A stretch of 28,979 bases of DNA from Hormoscilla sp. (GTDB taxonomy: Bacteria; Cyanobacteriota; Cyanobacteriia; Cyanobacteriales; Desertifilaceae). The DNA lies in the NCBI GenBank assembly GCA_051439505.1, contig JBFRWI010000013.1, positions 1-28,979 of the forward strand, given 5' to 3'. Every line of letters begins with the position of its first letter. Positions within the stretch are counted from its first letter, which is position 1. The position numbers were made by a program, and so were the translations under genes. Positions 1-9,200 of this stretch are shown piece after piece. The notes beneath the pieces were generated by a model that was given only the letters and a program-made list of their open reading frames with translations, had not been told where the DNA came from and made no database searches.

Positions 1-444
1 GCTATATGCTACGCAGATCCAAGGACGCATTCCCAAGCGGTAGCTGAGTTCCCACTGACGACCCATGTAGCAGCAAATGCCAATGAAGAAGTGGAAGATG
101 ATCAGCTGGTAAGGGCCACCGTTGTACAGCCACTCATCCAAGGATGCTGCTTCCCAGATGGGGTAAAAGTGCAGCCCGATCGCATTTGAGCTAGGCACAA
201 CTGCACCAGAGATGATGTTGTTACCGTAAAGCAGAGAACCTGCAACGGGTTCGCGGATACCATCAATGTCCACGGGAGGAGCAGCGATGAAAGCGATGAT
301 GTAGCAAGTGGTGGCGGTCAGCAGGGTTGGGATCATCAGGACACCGAACCAGCCCACATACAGGCGGTTATCGGTGGAAGTCACCCAGTTGCAGAACCGA
401 TCCCAAACGTTAGCGTTTTCACGCTGTTGTAAGGTCGTAGTCAT
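1..444 (-). CDS. psbA: Photosystem II D1 protein, 5' part (runs off window start); Q130 type
   Basis: ATG at 444; [34 protein letters not shown]...[23 protein letters not shown], near-identical to 2708-3790; missed by the ORF track. Confidence 0.97.
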   Translation of the reverse strand, partial: MTTTLQQRENANVWDRFCNWVTSTDNRLYVGWFGVLMIPTLLTATTCYIIAFIAAPPVDIDGIREPVAGSLLYGNNIISGAVVPSSNAIGLHFYPIWEAASLDEWLYNGGPYQLIIFHFFIGICCYMGRQWELSYRLGMRPWICVAYS

Positions 445-590
445 GTTAATTATGATTGCTATTTATTTTTCGAGGTACGTCGGTAGGTTGTTTTCCCTAC
501 CTAAATACAGCATAGCTAACTTTATTGCGTTTTGTAAACCCCTGTTAAGTTTTTTGTAGTTATACCTCATATAAGCAGAGCTTATGCTCT
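445..590 (-). promoter_or_regulatory. psbA promoter and 5'UTR, copy 3
   Basis: Minus strand TTTACA (538-533), 18-nt spacer, TATGCT (514-509); UTR hairpin GGTAGG-gaaaacaa-CCTACC; block repeated at ~1502-1620 and ~3791-3930. Confidence 0.8.
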
Positions 591-612
591 CGGCTCTGCC
601 CGACCAACAGCC

Positions 613-652
613 AAACAAAAAGCGCCCCCATCGCTGGGAGCGCTTTTTGTTT
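613..652 (-). terminator. Intrinsic terminator after the psbA 3' remnant
   Basis: Minus strand aaacaaaaagcgctccca-GCGA-tgggggcgctttttgttt; homologous to 2654-2696. Confidence 0.85.
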
Positions 653-663
653 TTAGCTAATTC

Positions 664-828
664 TTAGCCATTGATAGCCGGAGCCGTCAAAGCAACGGGA
701 GCAGCTTCACCGGAGGCCAAATCTAGAGGGAAGTTATGAGCATTGCGCTCGTGCATTACTTCCATACCCAGATTAGCACGGTTGAGCACATCTGCCCAGG
801 TACCGCTCGCGCGACCTTGAGAGTCAAT
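664..828 (-). pseudogene. psbA: psbA 3' remnant (D1 residues 307-360)
   Basis: Reads [54 protein letters not shown]; homology stops at 828/829; in-frame TAA at 846-844 with no start codon in between. Confidence 0.93.
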
Positions 829-849
829 TTTGCTTGAGATGGGTTAGAA

Positions 850-887
850 GTGGAGGTTGGGTAGAGCGCGAGCGAAACCCAACCTCC
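850..887 (+). repeat. REP-like hairpin
   Basis: GT-GGAGGTTGGGT-agagcgcgagcgaa-ACCCAACCTCC inverted repeat. Confidence 0.65.
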
Positions 888-985
888 CAACGTCCAAGAA
901 GCAATCGCAATTTTTCAGCCTCGTAGGTAGGCGATCGCCTCGTCGTTCCGAAAGCGATCGCCCGTCCGTCCGCTGCACTGAATTG

Positions 986-1432
986 TTAGTATCGAGCGTG
1001 CATACCCATAACTGTCCCTTGGAACCAAGATTCCACACCAGCTATTAACAAATCACCTGTCTCGGGATCGAATGTAACTGTTCCTAACTTATTTGGGCCA
1101 GCCACAAGTAAAAATGAAACATTTGACTCTCGGTTAGCTTCAGCATTACCAGCATCGCTACCCTCGACATTCACCCACAATGTGCGGCTCTTATCGGTAT
1201 AGACAGCTAGAACAGTATCCCAGCCTCCAATGGCACTCCGTGTGGTCAGCGTACCTGAGAACGCTTGTCCTGGTGGCGCAATAGTTGCAACCCTTACTTC
1301 CTCAATATTTGACGTAGCCTGACCACCGACTATCGTTACATCCACGTCATCAGCAAGTGCGTGATCGCTACCGAGAAACAAACTGAGTACCGCAAACAGC
1401 GATACTCAAACTAAACGCAGAGATTTAAACAT
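986..1432 (-). pseudogene. Small secreted-type hypothetical protein with an in-frame TGA in the signal peptide
   Basis: ATG 1432: MFKSLRLV*VSLFAVLSLFLGSDHALA-DDVDV...; basic N-terminus, hydrophobic core and A-L-A cleavage motif; TGA at 1408-1406; in frame with track ORF 986..1381. Confidence 0.7.
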
Positions 1433-1501
1433 TGTTCAACCCCAAAACTAGTCATTGAAAACTAACTATTAAGTGCAAGGCGATTGGCAGCCTAACCCAC
1501 A

Positions 1502-1620
1502 TCGAGGTACGTTTGGTAGGTTGTTTTCCCTACCTGAATACAGCATAACTAACTTGATTGCGTTTTGTAAACACCTGTTAAGTTTTTTGTACTTATACCT
1601 CATATAAGCAGAGCTTATGA
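1502..1620 (-). promoter_or_regulatory. psbA promoter and partial 5'UTR, copy 2 (no psbA 5' end behind it)
   Basis: TTTACA (1571-1566), 18 nt, TATGCT (1547-1542); UTR hairpin intact; homology to the other copies ends at 1502. Confidence 0.85.
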
Positions 1621-1648
1621 TCTGGTAGCAGCCGGTCAGCCCAACAAA

Positions 1649-1710
1649 GGATGCCAAGTCCAAGGGGAAGTTGCGAGCATTGGAGCGAGTGCATCACTTC
1701 CATGCCCGAG
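1649..1710 (-). pseudogene. psbA: Degenerate psbA 3' remnant
   Basis: Minus strand ggc atg gaa gtg atg cac ... aat gct cgc aac ttc ccc ttg gac ttg gca tcc = GMEVMH(fs)[11 protein letters not shown]. Confidence 0.85.
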
Positions 1711-1728
1711 TCATATCAGCAGGGTTTT

Positions 1729-2091
1729 CTATGGTAGAGGTAAGTAAACAATTCTGTCAAGATACTCATCTGCTTCTGATGCAAGAGCCGCTAAAATTAA
1801 CTCTTCTAGGTTCTCTCCAATACTCAAATTAGGATTAAGGATAAAAATGCCTGGTACGTGGCGATTTTCTGCCAAATGGTCAGTTAAGTGAACCGGCATC
1901 GAAGAGCGGTTATTTGTTACCAGCACAAAGTTATGAGTCTCACACCAATAAAGTATTTCTGGATCGAGAGTACTTTTGGCAGGAGTTTCTGGTTCCCCCA
2001 CCACCTTGATGATAATACTGGGTTCCTTTCGTCTAATTTGCTTTGGATAGAGAGGATTTACATTTTCGTCAATTAGATATTGAAGACTCAT
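1729..2091 (-). CDS. DUF5615 PIN-like protein (VapC45-like toxin)
   Basis: YLIDENV...DPEIL...LVTNN...PGIFIL motifs; overlaps the upstream DUF433 gene. Confidence 0.8.
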   Translation of the reverse strand: MSLQYLIDENVNPLYPKQIRRKEPSIIIKVVGEPETPAKSTLDPEILYWCETHNFVLVTNNRSSMPVHLTDHLAENRHVPGIFILNPNLSIGENLEELILAALASEADEYLDRIVYLPLP

Positions 2092-2428
2092 TATATTGTC
2101 GTCTAGCTTTCCTTTCTGCTCTCAGCTGCCGCAGTTTTTCTGAAACCGGTGGCGGGTTGAGTCTTTGTTGCTCTCTCATTCTGTGACCGTGAGAGAGCCA
2201 GTTTCTCAGGTATTGGCCGATTTCCTCCTGATTTTGCAGGTAGTAGAGAATTGTGGCGTATACTTGTTCTAAGGTTAATGATGTATATGTTTGAGCAATT
2301 TCTTCGGGAGTGCGACTGCTCTCTAGGTAGTCGTACAATATAGTTTCAATGCCGATTCTGGTTCCTGCCAGACGAATATCGTCTGACCTCAGGAAGTTGA
2401 AGTAATCTGTTATAATTTTACTTGACAT
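2069..2428 (-). CDS. DUF433 protein (VapB45-like antitoxin)
   Basis: IRLAGTRIGIETIL...TPEEIAQTYTSLTLEQVYATILYY; ATG 2428 with GAGGG upstream; the longer track ORF starts inside a MITE. Confidence 0.85.
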   Translation of the reverse strand: MSSKIITDYFNFLRSDDIRLAGTRIGIETILYDYLESSRTPEEIAQTYTSLTLEQVYATILYYLQNQEEIGQYLRNWLSHGHRMREQQRLNPPPVSEKLRQLRAERKARRQYNESSISN

Positions 2429-2452
2429 TTTTTGCCCTCGGAAAAGAACAAC

Positions 2453-2605
2453 GGGTGTGGTCAAAAACAGTTGATAGTTCTGGGGCCTTCCCAGTCGCCC
2501 CGATCCCCCCAAACCCCCCTTAAAAAGGGGGGCGAAGGCAAGCCCCCCCAACTGCCACGGGGGGGTTTGGGGGGGATCGGGCTGCAACTACATTTGACCA
2601 CACCC
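2453..2605. mobile_element. MITE, copy 1 (153 bp)
   Basis: TIR GGGTGTGGTCA/TGACCACACCC; perfect 9-bp TSD AAGAACAAC at 2444-2452 and 2606-2614; internal IR GATCCCCCCAAACCCCCC/GGGGGGTTTGGGGGGGATC. Confidence 0.9.
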
Positions 2606-2653
2606 AAGAACAACTTGTTTTTATCGTTATGGTCTAATATATCATAAGTAGTC

Positions 2654-2696
2654 AAAACAAAAAGCGCCCCCCAGCAAAGGAGAGCGCTTTTTGTTT
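2654..2696 (-). terminator. psbA intrinsic terminator
   Basis: aaacaaaaagcgctctcc-loop-ggggggcgctttttgtttt starting 11 nt after the psbA stop. Confidence 0.88.
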
Positions 2697-2707
2697 GAAG
2701 CTAAATA

Positions 2708-3790
2708 TTAGCCATTGATAGCCGGAGCGGTCAAAGCAACGGGAGTAGCTTCACCTGAAGCCAAGTCTAAGGGGAAGTTATGAGCATTGCGCTCGTGCAT
2801 TACTTCCATCCCCAGGTTAGCACGGTTCAGAACGTCTGCCCAGGTACCGATCACGCGACCTTGTGAGTCAATGATCGACTGGTTGAAGTTGAAACCGTTC
2901 AGGTTGAAGGCCATCGTGCTCACGCCCAGGGCGGTGAACCAGATGCCGATCACCGGCCATGCACCCAAGAAGAAGTGCAAAGAACGGCTGTTGTTGAATG
3001 AAGCATATTGGAAGATTAAACGACCGAAGTAGCCGTGAGCTGCCACGATGTTGTAGGTTTCTTCTTCTTGACCGAACTTGTAACCGTAGTTTTGTGATTC
3101 TACTTCGGTTGTTTCACGAACTAAGGAAGAAGTTACCAAAGAACCGTGCATCGCGCAGAACAGAGAACCACCGAAGACACCGGCAACACCCAGCATGTGG
3201 AAGGGGTGCATCAGGATGTTGTGCTCTGCTTGGAACACCAACATGAAGTTGAATGTACCAGAGATCCCTAAAGGCATACCATCAGAGAAGGAACCTTGGC
3301 CGATCGGGTAGATCAGGAACACTGCGGTTGCGGCGCTAACTGGTGCGCTATATGCAACGCAGATCCAAGGACGCATACCCAAGCGGTAGCTGAGTTCCCA
3401 CTGACGACCCATGTAGCAGCAAATGCCAATGAAGAAGTGGAAGATGATCAGCTGGTAAGGACCACCGTTGTACAGCCACTCATCCAAAGAAGCAGCTTCC
3501 CAGATGGGGTAGAAGTGAAGACCGATCGCATTAGAGCTAGGAACAACCGCACCAGAGATGATGTTGTTACCGTACAGCAGAGAACCAGCAACCGGTTCCC
3601 TGATACCATCAATGTCCACAGGAGGAGCAGCGATGAAAGCGATGATGTAGCAGGTGGTAGCGGTCAGCAGGGTTGGGATCATCAGGACGCCGAACCAGCC
3701 CACATACAGGCGGTTGTCCGTGCTGGTCACCCAGTCGCAGAACCGTTCCCAAACGTTAGCGTTTTCACGCTGTTGTAAGGTCGTAGTCAT
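2708..3790 (-). CDS. psbA: Photosystem II D1 protein (360 aa; Q130, C212)
   Basis: MTTTLQQRE start at 3790; D170, H198, H215 and [13 protein letters not shown]344 present, plus the 16-aa C-terminal extension. Confidence 0.99.
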   Translation of the reverse strand: MTTTLQQRENANVWERFCDWVTSTDNRLYVGWFGVLMIPTLLTATTCYIIAFIAAPPVDIDGIREPVAGSLLYGNNIISGAVVPSSNAIGLHFYPIWEAASLDEWLYNGGPYQLIIFHFFIGICCYMGRQWELSYRLGMRPWICVAYSAPVSAATAVFLIYPIGQGSFSDGMPLGISGTFNFMLVFQAEHNILMHPFHMLGVAGVFGGSLFCAMHGSLVTSSLVRETTEVESQNYGYKFGQEEETYNIVAAHGYFGRLIFQYASFNNSRSLHFFLGAWPVIGIWFTALGVSTMAFNLNGFNFNQSIIDSQGRVIGTWADVLNRANLGMEVMHERNAHNFPLDLASGEATPVALTAPAING

Positions 3791-3930
3791 GTTTAGATGA
3801 TTGCTATTTATTTTTCGAGGTTCGTTTGGCAGGTTGTTTTCCCTACCTGAATACAGCATAGCTAACTTGATTGCGTTTTGTAAACCCCTCTTAATTTATT
3901 TCTGCTTATACCTCATAGAAGCCGAGGTTA
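3791..3930 (-). promoter_or_regulatory. psbA promoter and 5'UTR, copy 1
   Basis: TTTACA (3884-3879), 18 nt, TATGCT (3860-3855); same architecture as the Synechocystis psbA2 promoter (TTTACA-18-TAGACT). Confidence 0.82.
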
Positions 3931-3934
3931 TCTC

Positions 3935-4285
3935 TTAGCCCGGAGGCCATGTCATCTGTCGCCCGCCCAGAATATGTAAATGCAGGTGGTCTACGGTCTG
4001 ACCGCCGTCGGCACCATTATTGATCGCCACCCGGTAGCCATTAGTTAAACCAACTTGTTCGGCCACCCGCTTCACAGTTAATAGTAGATGTCCCAGAAGG
4101 GCCTGATGTTGGTCACCGGCATCGGCCAGCTTGGGTATGGGTTCTTTAGGAATTACCAGAATATGTACCGGCGCTTGGGGAGAAATATCTTTGAAGGCCA
4201 GGGCCAGGTCATCTTCATAAACAATATCGGCTGGGATCTCCCGGCGGATAATCTTGCCGAAGATGGTATCGTTGGTTTCGCTCAT
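3935..4285 (-). CDS. hinT: Histidine triad (HIT) nucleotide-binding protein
   Basis: [14 protein letters not shown]...[12 protein letters not shown]...[14 protein letters not shown]. Confidence 0.95.
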   Translation of the reverse strand: MSETNDTIFGKIIRREIPADIVYEDDLALAFKDISPQAPVHILVIPKEPIPKLADAGDQHQALLGHLLLTVKRVAEQVGLTNGYRVAINNGADGGQTVDHLHLHILGGRQMTWPPG

Positions 4286-4306
4286 GTTGTTCGTGCAGGT
4301 TGTTAG

Positions 4307-4460
4307 GGGTGCGGCTCATTTGTAGTTGCGGCGGATCCCCCCCCCAACCCCCCCGTGGCAATTGGGGGGGCTTGCCTTCGCCCCCCTTTTTAAGGGGGGT
4401 TTGGGGGGATCCCACGACTGGGAAAGCCCATGAACTATCAACTGGTGCAAGACCACACCC
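4307..4460. mobile_element. MITE, copy 2 (inverted relative to copy 1)
   Basis: Reverse-complement match to 2453-2605; ends GGGTGCGG/CCACACCC; TSD GGTTGTTAG (4298-4306) vs GGTTGTCAG (4461-4469). Confidence 0.88.
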
Positions 4461-4541
4461 GGTTGTCAGCCACCAGTCACCAGTATATTGGTAAGTGCGA
4501 GCATTGCTGGCAAAGAACCATCAACATAAGGAGCAAACGTG

Positions 4542-6074
4542 ATGCTGGTGCGAGTTTGGAGTGCATCGATCGTGGGCATCGACGCCGTGAAGGTCGGTGT
4601 AGAAGTAAATGTATCGGGTGGTTTGCCCAAAACGGTGATGGTAGGTTTGCCAGATGCAGCGGTGCAAGAGTCCAAGGAACGGGTAAAGGCAACGCTGAAA
4701 AATGCTGGTTATGCTTTTCCGACCGGCTTGATCGTGATTAACTTGACTCCTGCTGACTTGCGCAAGGAAGGTCCCAGTTTTGATTTACCCATTAGTATTG
4801 GCATTCTGGCCGGTTCTGAGCAAGTTAACCCTCAGCTACTGGGAGATTATCTCTTTTTAGGGGAAGTCTCCTTGGATGGGAGTCTGCGTCCTGTAGCCGG
4901 CGTACTTCCCATTGCCGCTGCGGCGGAAAAGCTGGGTATTGTGGGCATGGTTGTGCCAGCGGATAATGCTCGGGAAGCGGCTGTGGTAAAAGGCTTAAAG
5001 GTCTATGGCTTCGGTAATCTGTCAGAGGTGGTTGATTTTCTGGATCGTCCCCAACTTTATCAGCCCCTAGAACTGAATGGCATAGAAGAATTGGGCAGTT
5101 CTGACTTAAATGTAGCCGATCTTAGAGATGTGAAAGGACAAGCTCATGCCCGTCGGGCCCTGGAAATAGCGGCTGCTGGAGGACATAATCTCATCTTTGT
5201 GGGACCGCCTGGTAGCGGTAAAACTATGTTGGCGCGACGCTTACCGGGAATTCTACCGCCCTTGGCCTTTACAGAAGCTTTGGAGGTAACTCAGATCCAT
5301 TCGGTGGCCGGGTTACTGAAGCACAATAGGGGATCTCTAGTCACCTCGCGGCCCTTTCGCAGTCCCCATCACTCTGCTTCTGGTGCTTCCCTGGTGGGAG
5401 GTGGCAGCTATCCCCGTCCGGGAGAGATCTCTCTGGCCCACCGTGGGGTGTTGTTCCTGGATGAGTTAACGGAATTTAAGCGTGACGTGCTGGAGTTCCT
5501 GCGTCAACCTTTGGAAGATGGTACGGTCACCATTTCCCGCGCCCGCCAAACTGTCAGCTTTCCAGCTAAGTTTACCCTGGTTGCCAGCACCAATCCTTGT
5601 CCTTGCGGCTACTATGGCGATAGCATTCAACCTTGCACCTGTTCTGCCAGACAGCGAGAACAATACTGGGCCAAGCTTTCGGGACCCTTGATGGACCGAA
5701 TAGATTTGCAGGTAGCGGTAAATCGTCTGAAACCAGAAGAGATTACCAGACAAGCAACTGGAGAAGAGTCTGCACCGGTGCGCGATCGGGTGCAAGCAGC
5801 CAGGGAACGGGCCCAAGAACGCTTCCGTCAGGACCGGTCCGTGCGTTGCAATGCGGACATGCAGAGTCATCACCTGCGAGAATGGTGTCCCCTAGACGAC
5901 TCGATCCGCAATTTGTTAGAAACGGCCATTAGAAGACTGGGCCTTTCCGCCCGGGCCACCGATCGCATTCTCAAAGTAGCCCGTACCATTGCAGATCTTG
6001 CTGGCGAACAGCAGTTGCAAGCCCAGCATGTAGCCGAAGCAATTCAGTACCGTACAATTGACAGGATGCAATAA
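4542..6074 (+). CDS. comM: YifB/ComM family Mg-chelatase-like AAA+ ATPase
   Basis: VGLPDAAVQESKERV, GPPGSGKT, PFRSPHH, GEISLAHRGVLFLDE, NPCPCG; AAGGAG RBS (GTG at 4539 is an alternative start). Confidence 0.93.
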   Translation: MLVRVWSASIVGIDAVKVGVEVNVSGGLPKTVMVGLPDAAVQESKERVKATLKNAGYAFPTGLIVINLTPADLRKEGPSFDLPISIGILAGSEQVNPQLLGDYLFLGEVSLDGSLRPVAGVLPIAAAAEKLGIVGMVVPADNAREAAVVKGLKVYGFGNLSEVVDFLDRPQLYQPLELNGIEELGSSDLNVADLRDVKGQAHARRALEIAAAGGHNLIFVGPPGSGKTMLARRLPGILPPLAFTEALEVTQIHSVAGLLKHNRGSLVTSRPFRSPHHSASGASLVGGGSYPRPGEISLAHRGVLFLDELTEFKRDVLEFLRQPLEDGTVTISRARQTVSFPAKFTLVASTNPCPCGYYGDSIQPCTCSARQREQYWAKLSGPLMDRIDLQVAVNRLKPEEITRQATGEESAPVRDRVQAARERAQERFRQDRSVRCNADMQSHHLREWCPLDDSIRNLLETAIRRLGLSARATDRILKVARTIADLAGEQQLQAQHVAEAIQYRTIDRMQ

Positions 6075-6089
6075 GTTAAATCCTTAAAT

Positions 6090-6190
6090 AGGCGTTGCAC
6101 AACTCCGGGATGATGAGGGTTGCTAATTGCTTAAGCTATTAGCAAATTTTCAAAATTGGCTGCTATCATCGGTAAAAATGTGCAACGCCT
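6090..6190. repeat. MITE-like element with 12-bp terminal inverted repeats
   Basis: AGGCGTTGCACA...TGTGCAACGCCT with an internal TTGCTAAT/ATTAGCAA hairpin; no TSD seen; lies between convergent genes. Confidence 0.65.
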
Positions 6191-6220
6191 CATTCTTAAT
6201 GAGATAACAGTCGTGGCCAA

Positions 6221-9200
6221 CTACGCGATCGGGATCTGAATGATAAACTCAGCCCCTTTACCCGGTTCTGAGTGGCATTCTAATACTCCGCCATGTCTTT
6301 CTACCACAATCTGGTAACTAATTGATAGTCCTAAACCGGTACCTTTACCCACAGGTTTTGTAGTAAAAAACGGGTCAAACATTCTATTTCTATCCGCAGA
6401 TTTGATGCCAATTCCATTGTCGGCAATTGCCATCTTTACCCACTTGCCTTCATGCACCTCAGTTTTAATCTGAATACTGGGTTGGCAAACTTCTTTGCTA
6501 GCAGCATCCAAAGCATCGATCGCATTACTGAGAATGTTCATAAATACCTGATTCAGTTGACCGGCGTAGCATTCGACAAGGGGCAATTGGCCGTATTCCT
6601 TGACCACCTCAATACCATTGAAGCCATGCTTGGGCTTGATGCGATGCTGCAAAATCATTAAGGTACTATCAATACCCTCGTGCAGATCGACCCGCTTCTT
6701 CTCAGCTTCGTCCAGACGCGAGAAATTTCGTAAAGATAGCACAATATCGCTAATCCGATCGGACCCCACTCGCATAGAATTCAGCATCTTGGGTAAATCC
6801 TCCATCAGAAACTCGACATCGATCTCCTCAGCTTCTTCACTGATTTCTGGCACCGGATCGGGGTAATGTTGTTGATAGAGTTCTAATAAACCCAGCAGGT
6901 CCTGAATATAGTTATTAGTATGGACGAGATTGCCAGTAATGAAATTGACGGGATTGTTAATTTCATGGGCAACTCCGGCCACCATCTGACCCAGACTAGA
7001 CATTTTTTCCGTTTGCACCAGTTGGGCTTGGGTTTGTTGCAACTTACGGTATGCTTCCTCTAGCTGTTGGGCCTGGGCCTGGGCCCGGAAAGCATCGGCC
7101 CGGGTTTGGGTATAAAGTTCGGCCTGATCGATGGCGATCGCCAACTGGGCACAGGCCGCTTGTAACAGTTCCACCTCACTATCACTCCAAGGTCTCGCAC
7201 CACTGGAATGGGTACAGACGATCGCCCCCAGTTGACCCGTCCTCGTCTCCAGCGGTACCAATAATAGAGAGGTAGTTCCCCCAGCACATAATTGGGAATC
7301 GAGAATAGAAGACTCAGCATTTCCCGACTGCTGTCTCGTGATATCATCAATCTGGATTGTCTCCAGATGCTGGATTTTTTGGACTAAACTACTCAGGTTC
7401 GGGATCTGATAATCACCCAGCAGAGAAGGCAGATCCCGATCTTGGGCTTCGTGGGTGACAGTCAAGCTGGGGGATCTCGGATGGGGCCAGCACCAGACAA
7501 AATAACACCTGTCCACATTCAACAGATTCCTAATTTCATGCACCGCCGTCTCCAGAATTGTATTCAAGTCCAGAGACCTGCGAATATGATTCGCTAGCCC
7601 GAACAGCAAGCTTTCCCGCCGCGATAGCAATTCTGTACGGGCCCAGGATCTGTCGATCGCCATGGCAATGGCATTAGCAACCCAAGAAATAGTCTTCCTA
7701 CACTCTTCGCTGAAGGGGTGACGACCCAATACAGCTAAGACGCCTACTAACCGTTCTTCCACTGCCAGAGGATATCCAGCAAAGGCCACCAGTTGTTCCT
7801 TGTCTACCCATTCAGGCGGACCTATACAGATATCGTTAGCAACATCATTAGTCTGGTAAGGCTGCTGTTGCAATGCAATCACCCCCACGATTGAAATGCC
7901 CAAGGGAATGCTAGCTTTCAGGGGGTCTGCCGCCCCCATCTGACCGGCGATCGCTTGTAATTCCAGCATCCGGCTGTCTCGATTATAGGTCCAGATCCTG
8001 GCTCCTGCGGCATCCAGATGCTCTACGAGGACTTCTGTACAGCGATCGAGGATAGCTAGCAAGTTGCCTGCTTGTCCCAGAGCTGCCCCTATTTCTGCCG
8101 CTAGGGTAGAAAGCTGCGATCGCTCTTGTAAGGACGCTATTAATTCCTGCTCGATCGCTTCTTTTTCTTGTTTTTCCGTGACATCCCGCAAATAAACTGA
8201 CAACCCCTCCTCATAGGGATAGGCCCGCACTTCTAACCAAACCTTAAATGCTGGATAATACTCGGCAAATTCTACCGTTACCTGTGACGCTACTGCCGAC
8301 TTCAACTGACGTTCTAAAGTCGAACCCACTGTTTCTGGAAACATCTCCCAGATGCTCTGGCCCATTAACTCTGACTGACTGCGGGACAAGATCTTTTCCG
8401 CTTGAGAGTTCAAAAATCTGAACCGCCACTCTCTATCCAAAGCCAAAAATGCATCTGTTATACTCTCCAGGATATTTACCAGCTGCTGACTCGATTCTGA
8501 CAGGGCCTTTTCTGTCTGCTTGCGATCGCTTATATCCCGTGACACGGCCACTATTTCTGGGGCTTTATTCCGAGAACGATCGCGGATAATTCTGCTCGTT
8601 GTTTCAAACCATATATATTTGCCGTCTTTCCGTCTGATCCTATATGCGATCGTGCATCTCTCTGGCAATTTGATAATTAGATCGTAGGTTTTTTTTATTC
8701 CTGACAAATCTCGCAGGTGGAAAAACTCATAGGCTGAACGTCCTATAATTTCTTCTGGTTCATATCCCAGCAAACTGCGGCAAGCAGGAGAAACATAGAG
8801 ACAAACTCCATCGATTGTATGTCTAGAAATCAAATCTGTCGAGTTCTCCGCCATTAAGCGGTAACGTTCTTCACTTTCTCTCTTCGCTGCTTCCGCCCGC
8901 TTCCGTTCTGTTATGTCTTCAGAAATGCCTAATAGATATTTGGGTTTTCCTGCTGCGTCCCTGAGCGGAATTTTCTTCGTGTGTAATATCCGATCGCCTT
9001 GATGCCGAGTTTGGATCATTTCTGCGGGAATATCTACCAATTTGCCCCCATTGAGCACTTCTCTGTCTTTTTGGGTGAAAAATTCTGCCTGCTGAGGCGG
9101 AAACAGGTCATAATCATTTTTACCCAACAGTTCTGCTTGAGAATAGCCCAGCAATTCTTCCCCCGCTTTATTCAAGCTAATATAGCGCAGTTCTTGCACC

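Noticed and set aside
664..765. Functional 33-aa D1 C-terminal peptide from the internal Met as a CtpA decoy
   Set aside because: No RBS and no export signal to reach the lumen; unsupported
2429..2655. Pro/Gly-rich ORFs and the N-terminal extension of DUF433 (also ORFs at 4215-4494)
   Set aside because: They are translations of the MITE sequence
3791..3859. 23-aa N-terminal extension of D1 in the ORF track
   Set aside because: It starts within the -10 element and reads through the UTR; the canonical MTTTLQ start gives 360 aa
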